A stretch of 64,000 nucleotides of DNA, from assembly GCA_951406725.2 (NCBI GenBank), contig OX597823.1:38812001-38876000 (forward strand). Direction: 5' to 3'. A model generated the notes under the pieces. That model made no database searches, was not told the DNA's origin, and was given only the letters and a program-made list of their open reading frames with translations. Below are positions 37,598-50,633 of the stretch, in pieces; positions within the stretch are counted from its first letter, which is position 1; each line of letters begins with the position of its first letter. Both the position numbers and the translations under genes were made by a program. The DNA comes from Octopus vulgaris. Taxonomy: Eukaryota.

Positions 37598-38749
37598 TTG
37601 ACTAAAACCACTGAATGCAGTGCTCCAGCATGGCTGCAGTCCAGTGACTGAAACCAATAAACGAAGAAAGTATATTACTGATATTTATTATATTTAAATT
37701 AGAGGTTTGTTTAATGAAATTAAATATCAACAAAGGCACTTGTAGATTTTGCTGAGAGTGATGCACAAAAGGCACTTAAACTGTAAACTATATTTAAAAT
37801 ATCCAGCCAGCACCAACCACCTTTTCTCTCTCTCTCTCTCTCTCCTGCATCACTGACTCTCCACTCTTGCAGCAGTAACGATAATGGTCACTAAATTTAG
37901 ACTTTAATTGATGGCCTCTACTTAATTGCCTTCATAATTAATAATAAAAAGAAATGCGAATGGAAATATTTCTGTTTGACCTGAGACTGAAGACTATAAA
38001 TAGTTAAATAAAGACTTAAAAGAATAACAGGAATAGTCAGGATTAAGTGTAGAGGTTCCATTGCAAAGTTAAACCAATTACAGGGTTTAACCACACCTTT
38101 AAGACCTAACTCAAAGGTAGAGAGAATAGGCTATAACAAGGCTACAAACTGCTGCTATAAGATAATTCAACATAATGTCAGCTGTTATTCTTTAAAGGAT
38201 TAACAGTCATTTACTTTTTAAATCAAAATCAGTAATGAGTTATGAATGCTATCTTGACCTTACTTAAAATAGAGAAGCAACTAGGAATAAACCATAAAAT
38301 GGAACAGATTTAGTTTCCTTGTTTAGTCATACCAATAATTTTTCTGAAAAAAAAAATCAATAATTAGTGAAATAGAGTTTATTCAGGTAAAAGATGAAAG
38401 GATTCCGAGAGAATCCTTTGTAGTTAGGTTTGACGTGGTCTAGTTGCTAACAATTCCACCTGTGCCAGCAGAGAAAGACAAGTACACAAAAACTAGTGAT
38501 GAATATAATGGTGGTGATGAAGAGAGAGAAAATAGTAGCAATGCAATAGTAATGATTATTGTGATGGTGAAGTATAAGTGCAACAATGAAAAATCACTGT
38601 TCACAGTGGTGGAGAGATCAAAGCACCAGCTTTTAGTAGAAAAGATTAAAGGATTTTTAATAGTCTATGTTGAAGCAGCAATCTGCAAAAGAAGGTGTTA
38701 AAGTAGTACTAATCAATAGAACAGTCTAAAATAGCAGTAGACTGTGACA

Positions 38750-39030
38750 ATGTTGGTTAGAGTAGAGGTTGATAGTGGTGGAGGTAAGAACAAAGACTGT
38801 CTATAATATGTATGGGTTAGAGTAGAGGTTGATATTAAGTACAATTATAGTAGAGATTGATAATGGTATAGGTTAGAGCAGAGTTTAATAATAATGTAAG
38901 TTAGAGTACGAGGTGATAATAGTGTAGTTTATAACAGAGATTGGTAATAGTATAGATAGAACAGAAGATGATAATGGAGTAGGTCAGAGTAGAAGCTGTT
39001 GATAATAGTATAACAGAGGATGTTAATAGC
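38750..39030. repeat. Degenerate ~27-bp minisatellite
   Basis: Units resembling ggttagagtagaggttgataatagtgta, roughly ten copies. Confidence 0.75.
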
Positions 39031-39184
39031 ATCAGAAACTGTCTTAATCCTATTATAGACACTGTGACCTGTCTATAATAAGTTAAAACATTATCAATCT
39101 ATTGTGATTTGCATAGAACACAATGAAAGACACCACATATCCATTCTATTATCACTGGCCTAGTTTCACCAGTAATCATGGCAC

Positions 39185-40078
39185 TGTAGGACACTGCCCA
39201 AGGACTTATAACAGACAAACTGTAGACAGGAACTTCACTGTGGGTTAGCTAGTGAGCTTGTCTGTAGTGAAGGGATTTCTAGTTAGCCAGGACTTCTTTG
39301 AAGCACCAGTCGGCTGATTGCTTTCGCCCTCATGTTGTATAACCAAATGTAGCAAAATAGATTCTACATCAACATACTCTCATTCTCTGTTGATTTTATT
39401 GTGTATAGCTTAATTAAGCTATAAGTGGTGAAAACCAGTTATGTCCTATTCCCATATCAATACATGGTACACCTAAATCATCCATACCAAGTGACCTCTG
39501 CAAGGCAAAGTTCATGTTTGTTTAACGTGACACATGTCAGAAACCACATCAGTCACCCTATGATGGGCCATATGAAGTGATATGTCCAGGAGACAAATTG
39601 TTCCAACTCCTGATTGGCAGATGACAAGACACGGTTTCCATAGATAGACTGAAACTGGCCCATTTAGATACTGACAGTCCCTTCCAAGTAGTTCAACCAC
39701 CAAACAAGGGCTGCCCTAGGCAAATCACACTAACCCTTGATAATGAATAGTCACCAAACAGCCAAGTTACTACACGCAGGGTGGCTAAAATGCTTTCCCA
39801 GTTCCAATGACAGTCAACAATTCTGTTGGGGGAACTATATGTAGGGCACTGCCCAACAACTTATAACAGATAAACTGTAGACAGGAACTTCATTGCAGGC
39901 TAGCTAGTGAGCTGGTCTGCAGTGAAGGGACTTCCTGTTAGGTAAGACTTTTCTGAAACACCAGTTGGCCGATTACTTTCACCCTCATGGTGTATAACCA
40001 AATGTAACAAAATAAATTGTACATCAACACACTCTCATTCTGTGTTGATTTTATTGTGTACAGCTTAACTAAGCTAGA
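39185..40078 (+). mobile_element. 894-bp non-autonomous Gypsy-derived mini LTR element (TRIM-like)
   Basis: Two 239-bp direct repeats (39185-39423 and 39840-40078) starting tgtagg, 4-bp TSD gcac on both flanks, PBS-like tggtga after LTR1, ttgggggaac PPT before LTR2, and internal integrase C-terminus SPYDGPYEVI..DTVSIDRLKLAH. Confidence 0.92.
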
Positions 40079-40454
40079 GCACCACTGTTCTTTGTCATGA
40101 TACTTGACCATGGTTTTACAAAAAACACACATGTTCTGCCATTGATCAGTTTATAGACTTGGACTGATGGACAACTCTGGGTATCTCAGACATTGCTTGA
40201 CAGTAGCACCATATTCTTGCTATCTGTTTGGTTAACTAGAGCTGATCATAAAAGAATTGTTCCTTAGTTACTTTCTGCATCTAACTGAAGCTGAAGAACA
40301 TCTAGAGTTTATGAGTGTAGTGTATCACTGAGAATTATTACTAACTCAAACGGAAATATTTTCTTCGATTTCAAAAACACATAATGTGCACTGCTGCAGA
40401 TCTGTAAGTTACGCTGGTTCTGTTTGAAATTGAGATTTTGTTTATCAAATTTAA

Positions 40455-40658
40455 TCCTTTAGTATTCAGATTATTCTGCCAAATGTAATGTTTCTTTACT
40501 TACATCATTTTGAATTATTCAGGCAATATCTTGTAGCTTCAAGAGTTCGAAAATGTGATTAGTTATTTTTAGAATGACATTGCAAGATAGATGTGAGAAG
40601 TTGAGCATAAATCAGGTAGAATATTTGAGCCAGACATGACTAGTTAAATGCTAAAGGG
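40455..40658. mobile_element. piggyBac-type MITE
   Basis: TTAA|tcctttagtattca ... aaatgctaaaggg|TTAA; second copy at 54710-54888. Confidence 0.75.
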
Positions 40659-40733
40659 TTAAAACATTGCAGCTACATTGAAAACAAAATTACACAGCAA
40701 AGCAATTTCAGATTTTTACTTTTTGTTATAATT

Positions 40734-40791
<58 letters not shown>

Positions 40792-40794
<3 letters not shown>

Positions 40795-41170
40795 GCAGGA
40801 GTGGCTGTGTGGTAAGTAGCTTGCTTACCAACCACATAGTTCCGGGTTCAGTCCCACTGCGTGGCATCTTGGGCAAGTGTCTTCTGCTATAGCCTCGGGC
40901 CAACCAATGCCTTGTGCATGGATTTGGTAGACGGAAACTGAAAGAAGCCTGTCCTATATATGTATGTGTGTGTATATGTTTGTCCCCCCAACATCGCTTG
41001 ACAATCGATGCTGGTGTGTTTATGTCCCGGTCACTTAGCAGTTCGGCAAAAGAGACCGATAGAATAAGTACTGGGCTTACAAAGAATAAGTCCCAGGGTC
41101 GATTTGCTCGACTAAAGGTGGTGCACCAGCATGGCCGCAGTCAAATGACTGAAACAAGTAAAAAAAAAAA
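40792..41170 (+). mobile_element. Full-length family-A SINE following (TA)n
   Basis: Colinear with 37220-37597. Confidence 0.9.
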
Positions 41171-41864
41171 ATATATATATATATATATATTGTGTGTGTG
41201 TGTGTGTGTGAGAGAAAGAGAGAGAGAGGTAGTGAGAATCAGTGAACAAGGAACAAAATAAATGTAAAGACTGGTACTAGACTGTGGTGATCAGGTGCAT
41301 ATTATCTTTGCTTCCAGCATTTTGGTCTCTCTATACAAAAGAACTGTGAGAGTGAGGTCTGTTGCAATAGACCACTGGTACCTTGTCTGTTGGGATCTGC
41401 ATGAAAAAGTGTCCATCCTCTAGGCACTGCCTTTATCTATCAGCACCAGGGAAACTGCTGTTGAGAACCAAAGTAAGTTATGATATTATAGTTTGTCATT
41501 TGAGTTCCATCCAGGTTTGTGTAACAAACTCTTCTATGGATGATGTTGGCACTAAGTCAGAGGATGGAGCTTTGATCGCAAGATTACTTCTGTCCTAGGG
41601 TACTACCAGTAAACATAACCTGTTGAATCTGAATCTTCACATGAAGTAGAAACAGCTCCTTTCTTACATTTCAACTCATAACTATCATTAGAAAATTACT
41701 ATTCGTAACAATTATTCTGTGCTGATGAAGGGAAATAACCTGGAAATCGCAATACACAGATATTGTTTTGAGCTGAGAGAGGGTGCTAGATTGCCTTGTT
41801 CGAAAATATAAGGACACAGATCGTGTTGTATAGCCAGCTGGAGATGATGTCTCCTGGGGCTAAA

Positions 41865-41978
41865 TTACAGCAACATTCGTCCTAAACTAGGACTGCCATA
41901 TTGTGTTGGCAAATAATCTTTATTCATAACCATCATGTTGAAGTTAATCATCTCTGTCATCTTGGCAGTATGTTTCTC
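41865..41978 (-). CDS. Candidate last coding exon of an unidentified gene (EKHTAKMTEMINFNMMVMNKDYLPTQYGSPSLGRMLL*)
   Basis: Acceptor ctcttttgaattgttttccag, a 37-codon phase-0 ORF, then about 600 nt of unique, 3'-UTR-like sequence. In frame with exon 42613-42652. Confidence 0.45.
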   Translation of the reverse strand, partial: EKHTAKMTEMINFNMMVMNKDYLPTQYGSPSLGRMLL

Positions 41979-42612
41979 CTGGAAAACAATTCAAAAGAGT
42001 TTTCAGTTGAAACAGAATCAAATAAAGCATTAAGTTAGTGCTTTACAAATTGGTTGTCATAATTGTCTTGTACAGGTGTGAAATTGGATGTCTATATATA
42101 TATATATATATAATATACATAAAGGTTGGAATGCTTTCACCTGAGCTGTGAACCATCTTACAAATGCATTGACAAGAGCAATGTTACAAGTAATGAAATT
42201 CTTGATTGAACCAAACCCAACAGTATTGAAGTGAAGGTGTTACGTAGCAGTTACAATGAGGTGAGGGCTGTGTTCAAATAATGTTTAATCATCAGCTGGG
42301 GATGATGCTCATGTACAGAAAATTGTAAGATGTTGGTTCAAAAGAAGCTCTAAGGTGATGAAACAAGGATCAACTAAAGCAAATATTCAAAGATGCTTTA
42401 TTGTGAACGTACTGGTACATCTCATCATTAGCTCTGAATGGAAAAGTATCATAATTTATATGACTTCAGTAAGGAGGTGCTAACAGGAGAATTTGATGCA
42501 AGGGAAAATGTCCAACAACGAGACTCTGTTGGTTTTCTTTTAGGTCAAAAATAAACTTATATAACAATCTTAGAGCACATAAATTCAATGGAATAAAACT
42601 GTCAACACTGAC

Positions 42613-42652
42613 CGATTCCAGTGATGATGATGGTGATATTTGTTTCCTTAAT
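42613..42652 (-). CDS. Candidate 40-nt internal exon (LRKQISPSSSLES)
   Basis: Branch-like ctaac, acceptor cccttgcag, donor cg|gtcagt. The phase fits the neighbouring candidates, but a second frame is also open. Confidence 0.42.
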
Positions 42653-43417
42653 CTGCAAGGGTTTAAACACAGTTTATTTGTTAGAATAATACTGTAGTCT
42701 GATTTCACTACTATATTTTCAGTTTATCTTCTAATAAAACATGTTCAAAAAAGTAATGTGATTTCTTATATTTTCTTTATTTTCAATTGTTTTCTTTCCT
42801 ATATTTTTTAATGCTTAGCTTTATTTGAAATATATTTTCATACTTCACACATCTTTCTGAATTCATAAAGAAAATCAGATCCAAAGAGAGATTGTTGTTG
42901 TTATTTGGCCCCCAAGTCAACACTGATCAGGCAAACATTTTATCAAACCCATTACAGCATTGCCATCTAGTCCTTTATACAAACATATGGGGCCATGTAA
43001 TCTATGTATCCTTACTTCCTTTAAGGTGGTAGGGCATGATTTGATGGAGATATGAGTGATATTTCTGGCAGCTGAAGCAAACACACAACAGCTTCCACCA
43101 TTCTAAAGATGAAGAGAGACTAAAATATTGTAAAATACTTGTGAATTATGAATAAGCTATTTATGATGCCAAGTAACATTGGGACTTGTCAATGCACACA
43201 CACACACACACATTATATATATGTATATATATGCATACATACATGGTTGATAGTTAATGCAATCAACTAGAACCAGTGAAGGTGGTGCTCCAGCTTGGCC
43301 ACAACCTGATGACTGGTATCAGTAACAGGCTTAAAACACTATTGAAACAAACAACATATCAAACACTGAATTTGAACATTAAATAATGATGATGATGATG
43401 ATACTATCATATTAGTA

Positions 43418-43829
43418 TCTCTTTTTTCTCTTTTCTCTTTTACTTGTTTCAGTCATTTGACTGCGGCCATGCTGGAGCACCGCCTTTAATCGAGCAACTC
43501 GACCCCGGGACTTATTCTTTGTAAGCCCAGTACTTATTCTATCGGTCTCTTTTTTGCCAAACCGCTAAGTGACGGGGACGTAAACACACCAGCATCGGTT
43601 GTCAAGCAATGCTAGGGGAACAAACACAGACACACAAACAAACACATATATATATATACATATATACGACAGGCTTCTTTCAGTTTCCGTCTACCAAATC
43701 CACTCACAAGGCATTGGTCGGCCCGGGGCTATAGCAGAAGACACTTGCCCAAGATGCCACGCAGTGGGACTGAACCCGGAACCATGTGGTTGGTTAGCAA
43801 GCTACTTACCACACAGCCACTCCTGCGCC
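43418..43829 (-). mobile_element. Full-length young family-A SINE, inverted relative to 40792-41170
   Basis: Reverse complement of the family-A consensus, with CpGs largely intact. Confidence 0.9.
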
Positions 43830-45075
43830 TATGTATCTGTTTTTATTTTGTTGTTTATTTGTTTTTTGTCCCCACCACCTCGCTGGCATGAGTTGGATAG
43901 TTCTGTTGTGCAAGCTTTCATCACATCTATGAAGTGCAGGCCAGGTCTAGCTTCCCACCACTTTCCCTATTCAACGAACATACAACATCTATCATCCATT
44001 CACATTTTCTGTCTAAACCCCTATACCAATATAATCATTACTCCTGTTTTCCATTAGTTGAAGTCTTTAATGTCCAGCCACTCTCTCAGCTCACTATGTT
44101 CTTTCTTTCATGTACATTAACATTACACATTCAACAAACAAATCATTCTCCCCTCATTTATCTCCATTCTCCAAATTCATTCAGTATTCAACAAACAGAT
44201 TTCTAGACCACATTTCTTGTATATGCTTCATACAGTTTGCTTCTTGATGGGGAGAAGATCCTTTGGTGACAACCTCAACTTCTACTGTTCCTCGTACTAA
44301 CATCTATATACTAACAATTACTACTCACAGCACTAATTAAATTTTATAGGTAACAGAAACTATTACCTTTTTCTACTGTATCATTTGGAAGTTCAAAAAC
44401 TTCATTTCATCTGTGATCCTCCTGCTAACAACATCAATACATCTCTGGTAATTGGTTCGATATTCCACTACATCTTTCATGTTATTATCATTTGTACACT
44501 CTGGGTACAGGCATGACTGTGAGGTTAAGAAGTCTATCTCACAGCTACATGTTTTCAAGTTTAGTCCTAGAGCACAGTCCCTAGGGGCAACTAAAGCTGT
44601 GATAATGAAATTAAGAGGACAGAAACTCTGTAAAAACCATTGGAGGGAGTATTTCAGTTCTTGAGCTGTATACTTAATCTATCAGCAGCTTTTGGGTGAC
44701 TTGAATGGAATCTAACTTGTTAAATGAATATGGTCTCAGTCCCTAGTATGAAGATAACTTCATCCTCATTTCTACTGATCATGGAAACTGTTCCTACTCT
44801 GACTAAACTATTAAAAATAAAAATGCATAAAGAACACAGTCAAGATTGAATGATGCCACTTCTTAGTTTGCATAAGGAATTCTCATCATCTCTGACTCAA
44901 ATAGAAGTTTGGTGTAGGCCTTTGGATTCTCTGCTTGAAACATTTTTCTACAGATTATCAACTCTAAATTCTCCATTAAAATTGTTGCCAACCCCAACCC
45001 TAACCTAAAAGTACCCTCATCAATAGCTTAAAAGGTTTTCACATACCATTCCTCTACACCTAATTCCTTTCTCAC

Positions 45076-45116
45076 CTCCTGTGAAAGACCTTTGACAAAG
45101 TAGAATGAGTTCTTAG
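45076..45116 (-). CDS. Candidate 41-nt internal exon (LRTHSTLSKVFHR)
   Basis: Good donor gag|gtgaga and weak acceptor aattcttag; phase 0 to phase 2 links exon 53561-53604 to exon 42613-42652. Confidence 0.3.
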
Positions 45117-46114
45117 CTAAGAATTACAATTGCAATTGTCTTCGTTTGTGTGTATGTGTGCATGCATGTGTATATAATTTCATACATACATATAAACTGA
45201 GTTATATATTTGCTATCCCTTTGCAGACTGGGGTATTCATATATATATAAAGAACTATTTTAACTTCATAATACATAATTTCCAAAGCTACTTCATAAAT
45301 ACACAGGTCTATACACATATAAATTCAGGTATCTATAAATATTTCACATTGTATGCACATATACAGATACAGATGCATGAATAAGTACTACTTTAGAACA
45401 AATAAAGCTAGGTAGTCTTTGTGAACAATCAACGCTATCTGTATTCTGCTTGTTCCTTTGTTGTCAAAAGATTGCTTTGTATTACTTTATTCAATTACTT
45501 AAAGAGAATTTGAAAGAAGTAAATCTCTTCATGAAAATATGAATCAAAGAAAGATTGCTTTGTAACTAAAAATAATTTGCAATAGTTATTATCAGCCAAA
45601 AAGTCTTGATAGGGAAATATATCGTAAGTGCCATTGGTTTGTGCAATGTCTTTATTTCTCAAACTAGTCTTTATACTAAAATACATTTGGCAATGTTTAT
45701 TTACGATTGACTTGTGACAAATATGTGTTGTGCACTGCTAAATCACCTTTGTGCTTATGCTAGTTCAGCCTTATTGCTATTTCAGCCTGCTGAAGTAGCA
45801 ATCAAAGTCAATCAAATTACACCCAACCATTTTATAAAAGGATGATACACATCTAGTCCTTGATATGTAAAAAGATGAATTAGTTATGTTTGTAATACCT
45901 TTGATCATAGCTGCACTAAGAGTTGGCCACGGATGAACCAGAAACTACTGGTTTGATACAAAGATACATGAGGTAATAAAATAGTTAACAATCACTATTT
46001 TCAGACTAAAATCTCTAGGAAATAGATTTTTCAAAAATAGCTTGTGAAAAGAAATGCCATATGGCAATTCACAAACATCCATTGGCACAGGAACAGCATT
46101 TTCATGGCAATTAA

Positions 46115-46490
46115 AATTCGCTGGCTTGTGACAAAAATACATGTGGGTAAGGTTAACAATTGTTAACTTGACATAAAAATGTGAGCATAGTTAACTATTA
46201 CAAAGCTGATACAAAAATATGTAGGGTTATAGTTAATAGTCATTGGGTTGAAACAAAAATTCAGTATTTATAATAATGGTTAATAATCACAGGCTTGTGA
46301 TGAAAATAATTATAATTATGGTTAATACTTGCTAGACTTAGACATAACAATTTATAGTAGGGATTAAGAATCATTGGCCTGTGACAAAATTATATGTGGT
46401 TTTGGTCAAATAATTACACAAGTTTATGGTTAATAATTTCTGAGTTGAGACAAAAATACAAATGATAAATATTGAATTGTAACAAAAACA
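46115..46490. repeat. Highly degenerate ~40-bp minisatellite
   Basis: Recurring ggttaataatca.tggcttgtgacaaaaata units. Confidence 0.6.
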
Positions 46491-48469
46491 CATCCATGCT
46501 AATATCATTTCTGCTAAAGTAGAATACATTATGCAGTGATTAATGATTTGTCTGTCAACAGAGTCAAATACATAAACAATTTATGGTTTCTAATTATCTT
46601 AAACTGCCAAGTGAAATTGCTATAATCAATACAATAGCAGACTGTACAGAACAGCTAAAACAAGAGACATACTTCCTTACAAAAAATTACAAATGATAAC
46701 AACAATCTTACATATGACCACAAAGGAGCTCCTTTGTTTTCTGAATAAAAATATATTATGGGTATTTCAAGAGAAGGCAAAGTAACAATAGCATTTATTT
46801 TATTTGTAATACAGTAAATTACCCACAAATGCTTCTTAAGAACAAGTTAAGTAAATATTGCATGGAATGAAACAAATTGGAAACAGCAAGAGACTTGTAG
46901 AGAAAAGAACATAGTTGAAATAGAAGAATTGCAATGAACATAATGACTGAGTGAATAAATAGGTTCAGACACATCATGTAGGGTCAGGGTTATTTACATT
47001 GCTTCATAACCAGAATATAACTAAAAGAATAGACAGAATGAAATATTGATGAAATATTCTAAAGAAAATAACCACAGACTCTGGCACAAGGGGGTGGGAA
47101 GTAGAGAAGAGTGAAAAAGAGAAAGAGAGAGAGAGAGTGAGCCGGGGAGAGTAAGATTGAAATTTCACTTAAAATTAGAAATGTACTAGGCGGTATTATC
47201 TGAAGCAAGTTAAAATTACTATATTGGAATGGTACCAAAGTAAATTTGCACTGGTATTTATTCTTGGCCAAGAATACTACATAGGCCTGTTAGAAAAAGA
47301 AAAATCAAAACAAAGAAAAACCTATAAACTGCTACGAAATAGCTGAGATATGTTTTAAATATTTAAGTATTAAATGAAAATACATTTATTAAAGTCAGCA
47401 AACAACATTTCGGTTGAAGTGAGTTGTTAACAAGTGTGATAACAATAAAAAGTCCAGTGTAATCCAATTATCTAAATGCCTGTGTCAGTAAGGTTGGTAA
47501 TCTGATGAAAATGTACCAGGAACAAAACAAAACCTAAGAGGAAAAAAAAAGTACACTGTGTATAGACAGTAGTTTTAGTGGTTCCTTTGTAAAGAAGAAA
47601 CAATCTCTCTAACACCTGCCATCTCTGCTTCTACCTTACAGCATGTGTAAAACTATTAACTCCTTACTGTCTACTATTGTTTTGTGTAGATGTGTGTGTT
47701 TTGTTTTGTATCCACTGGGTTTAGAAATTAGCATTTGGGGCAATTAGATGGAAGAAACCCCTAACCAATGTTAGAATAGGAACTAGTTATCACTCCTATT
47801 TTGGATCAGTTCTCATCTTTAACCTTAGTAAATTTCTGATACCCTCTGAATCAATTAAGACTACTCATCCTGTTAGAAATTACACTCTATCATCTTTGCA
47901 AAAAAGAGGAAGGATATATTGGATATTTTAGCTTGAGATAATTCATAAGTGGAATATCTTGACCTGAGGTTGCGCAACAACAATAACAAGTATCACCTTC
48001 AGTAACATTGTTTAGTTCCAAAGAGATTTACATAAACAGTAAATACATTCTAACACGTAAAAGTTTTGCCATCACTTCCAGAATAAGATCCTCCAATAAA
48101 ATTAAGGTAATACAAGTTATGTTGTCATTATTCAACTGAACTATGATCAAAAGTATTCCAGCTGTAACCACCTCATTTTTGGAGAGTAGATAAGTAGGTT
48201 TGATCTAAGGTGATTCAGCTGCTAACTCTAGCAGGTCAACTAGAAATAGGCTCTCTCATAGGCTCAACAGGAAGTCTGTGATGTCATTCCTTTGGCTAAG
48301 ATGTGAGACTAATAATGACACTACTATCCCTATGTCATTAAAAATAACGACATTCTTATTAATTATAGAGAATAGCATATCTTTTTAAATGAAATGAAAT
48401 ACTTTTCTTGCTTTTGAAAATATTATCGTTGACACCGCATGTGTGTGTGTCTCTCTCTCCATATATAAT

Positions 48470-48850
48470 CTTTTCTACTAAAGGCACAAGACCTGGAATT
48501 TGGAGGGAGGGGACTTGACAATTACATCAGCCCCAGTCTTTCAGTGATATTTAATTTATCGACCCAAAAGGATGAAAGGCAAAGTCGACCTTGGTGGAAT
48601 GTGAACTCAGAACACAGTGGCAGACAAAATACTGCTAAGCATTTTCCTCGGCATGCTAATGATTCTGCCAGCTCACAACCTCGCCATATATAATATATAC
48701 ATACTTAAGTGAAAGGTGGATTGTATGATGCATGTGTACAAACAGCTATATTCTATGGTAGTGAAACTATGGTTGAGGACATGCATAGACTAAAGAAAAA
48801 CAAAGGTCAGTATGCTCCAATAGATGTGCAGCATCACTGTGCATGAACAA
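48470..48850. mobile_element. Family-C SINE (minus, 48470-48685) adjacent to a short RTE RT fragment (plus, ~48707-48850)
   Basis: gatgaaaggcaaagtcgaccttgg core; then VKGGLYDACVQTAIFYGSET. Confidence 0.8.
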
Positions 48851-49383
48851 CAAAATTCCTGACTATATTCAAAATTAATCTAAAGTCATAGGTGGTGTAC
48901 TTCATCAGAAATATGGCTAAACCTAATACATACATGCATACAGACTAGCTTCAATGAATTTCATAGTAGTTAAACTTCCTCATTTCACACATTTTTATAT
49001 CTCATCATCAAGCAACCTCAGTTTCCAAATTGCAATTTCATTTTATGAAGACTAGTGTGATAAATTTCTAACAGCTGCTAGGTTTATTTCTAGTTTGAAA
49101 AAAATTTCAACAAGATATTGGCAACTCTTACTTGTTTATTTTATTAAATGATTCAATCTGTCTGATAGATTGACTGGCTTCTGATGAAAAATATTTTAGT
49201 TTTCAATTCTGTTGTCTTTTCTCCAAACAGTGTTATTATTATTATTATCAAAACTGTTAACATTATCATCATTTCTATTATCATTGTTATTATCATCATC
49301 AGTGCTTCTAGATTATACTTGCAAGAAATTTTTACCATTCAGTTATTTCACATTCTTAATGCGTAGTTATCATCTTGAGTGGT

Positions 49384-49458
49384 TTAAACCTTTTCACCGA
49401 TATCTACGTCTACTTCACTGTCACTGAAATATTTTACTTCGACCTTTTGATATTTAAC
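49384..49458 (-). CDS. Candidate alternative terminal exon (VKYQKVEVKYFSDSEVDVDIGEKV*)
   Basis: Acceptor aatttttcag, a 24-codon phase-0 ORF retaining three CpGs, and AATAAA signals about 240 nt downstream (49135-49145). Confidence 0.33.
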   Translation of the reverse strand, partial: VKYQKVEVKYFSDSEVDVDIGEKV

Positions 49459-50600
49459 CTGAAAAATTACTCAAATGCTACTTTGGGTGAACAGAAATAA
49501 AAATGAAAACTTTCAACGGTAAAACCTCAACTTCCATTGCATATACAATATTGTACAATATTATATATTGTATGTACAACTTCCACTGTATACACAATAA
49601 CTCATTTGCATAATGTTCTTACTGAGCTTACAGTTGATACAATGATACTTGTAATTGGATGAGTTCAATCCATTTCAACTACATATGTCCTATAAGAAAT
49701 TACTGTCAAGGCTAACTCAAGAACAAGTGCTGCTATTCTCTATGAATCCAAGACATAGATACTAATCCTGTTTTAGATCAATTTTCATTTGGTAAAGGAA
49801 GAGACACATACCCTTTTCTAGGCAAGTTAGCCATCAGATTAAATTTCACATAAAAGCTATGCCTTCTCCAGTCATTTCTAAGATCTGGTACCTATATGTA
49901 AAATCATAATTCACTGAAGCTGTTTGGAGTTACTGTATCTACCAAAGATCAGAATTATTCCCACATTACATTTTTCTATTTAAGTTGTCAGACTTCAAAG
50001 TTCTTTCCCTTACCTGCCTTGATAAAACTTGTCATGTTAATGATCTTTTCTTCTTATTACATGAGTAATTTCAAGTGATAAAAAATAACTTTTGGCTCAC
50101 ATCTGTCTGCTCCTAACTATACCCCTCAATAGACTAGTCTTAGTCTCAGGGAAATTTGTGAAAATTTGTTACTGTACAGAAATTGAGTATACTCAGCCCT
50201 ATGCATGTGCACTTAAGATACAGGAACCAAGTTAACTCATTTCTGATAGAAGTGTATTTTCTGGAATTCTCCACACTTTATATGACATAGTGCAAAACTG
50301 ATTCACATATGATTAGGATATTACACCATCAGCATTCATGCAAAAACTTTAATCAACACAGTGAAGGTTAAAGACAAAAGCTCTTGTTTTGATTCATGAA
50401 AGGGATAATTAATCATGTATACATGAAAATAGAAAAATTAAATGAAACAACAGTGCATACTCTGTTCAAGAATAGGTACACTGTGTTCCTACATGTTACA
50501 AGAGGCAACTAAAAGGATTGTAACAGGAAGGGCATACAGCTGTAAAAAATACTGGCTCAAAAAAACTATCTAACCCATGCTAACATGGAAAAGTAGATGT

Positions 50601-50633
<33 letters not shown>

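Noticed and set aside
38750-39030. CRISPR-like array
   Set aside because: Eukaryotic context, degenerate contiguous units, no unique spacers and no cas genes.
50005-50070. Perfect minus-strand donor cag|gtaag
   Set aside because: No credible acceptor upstream, and all three frames are closed within about 45 nt.
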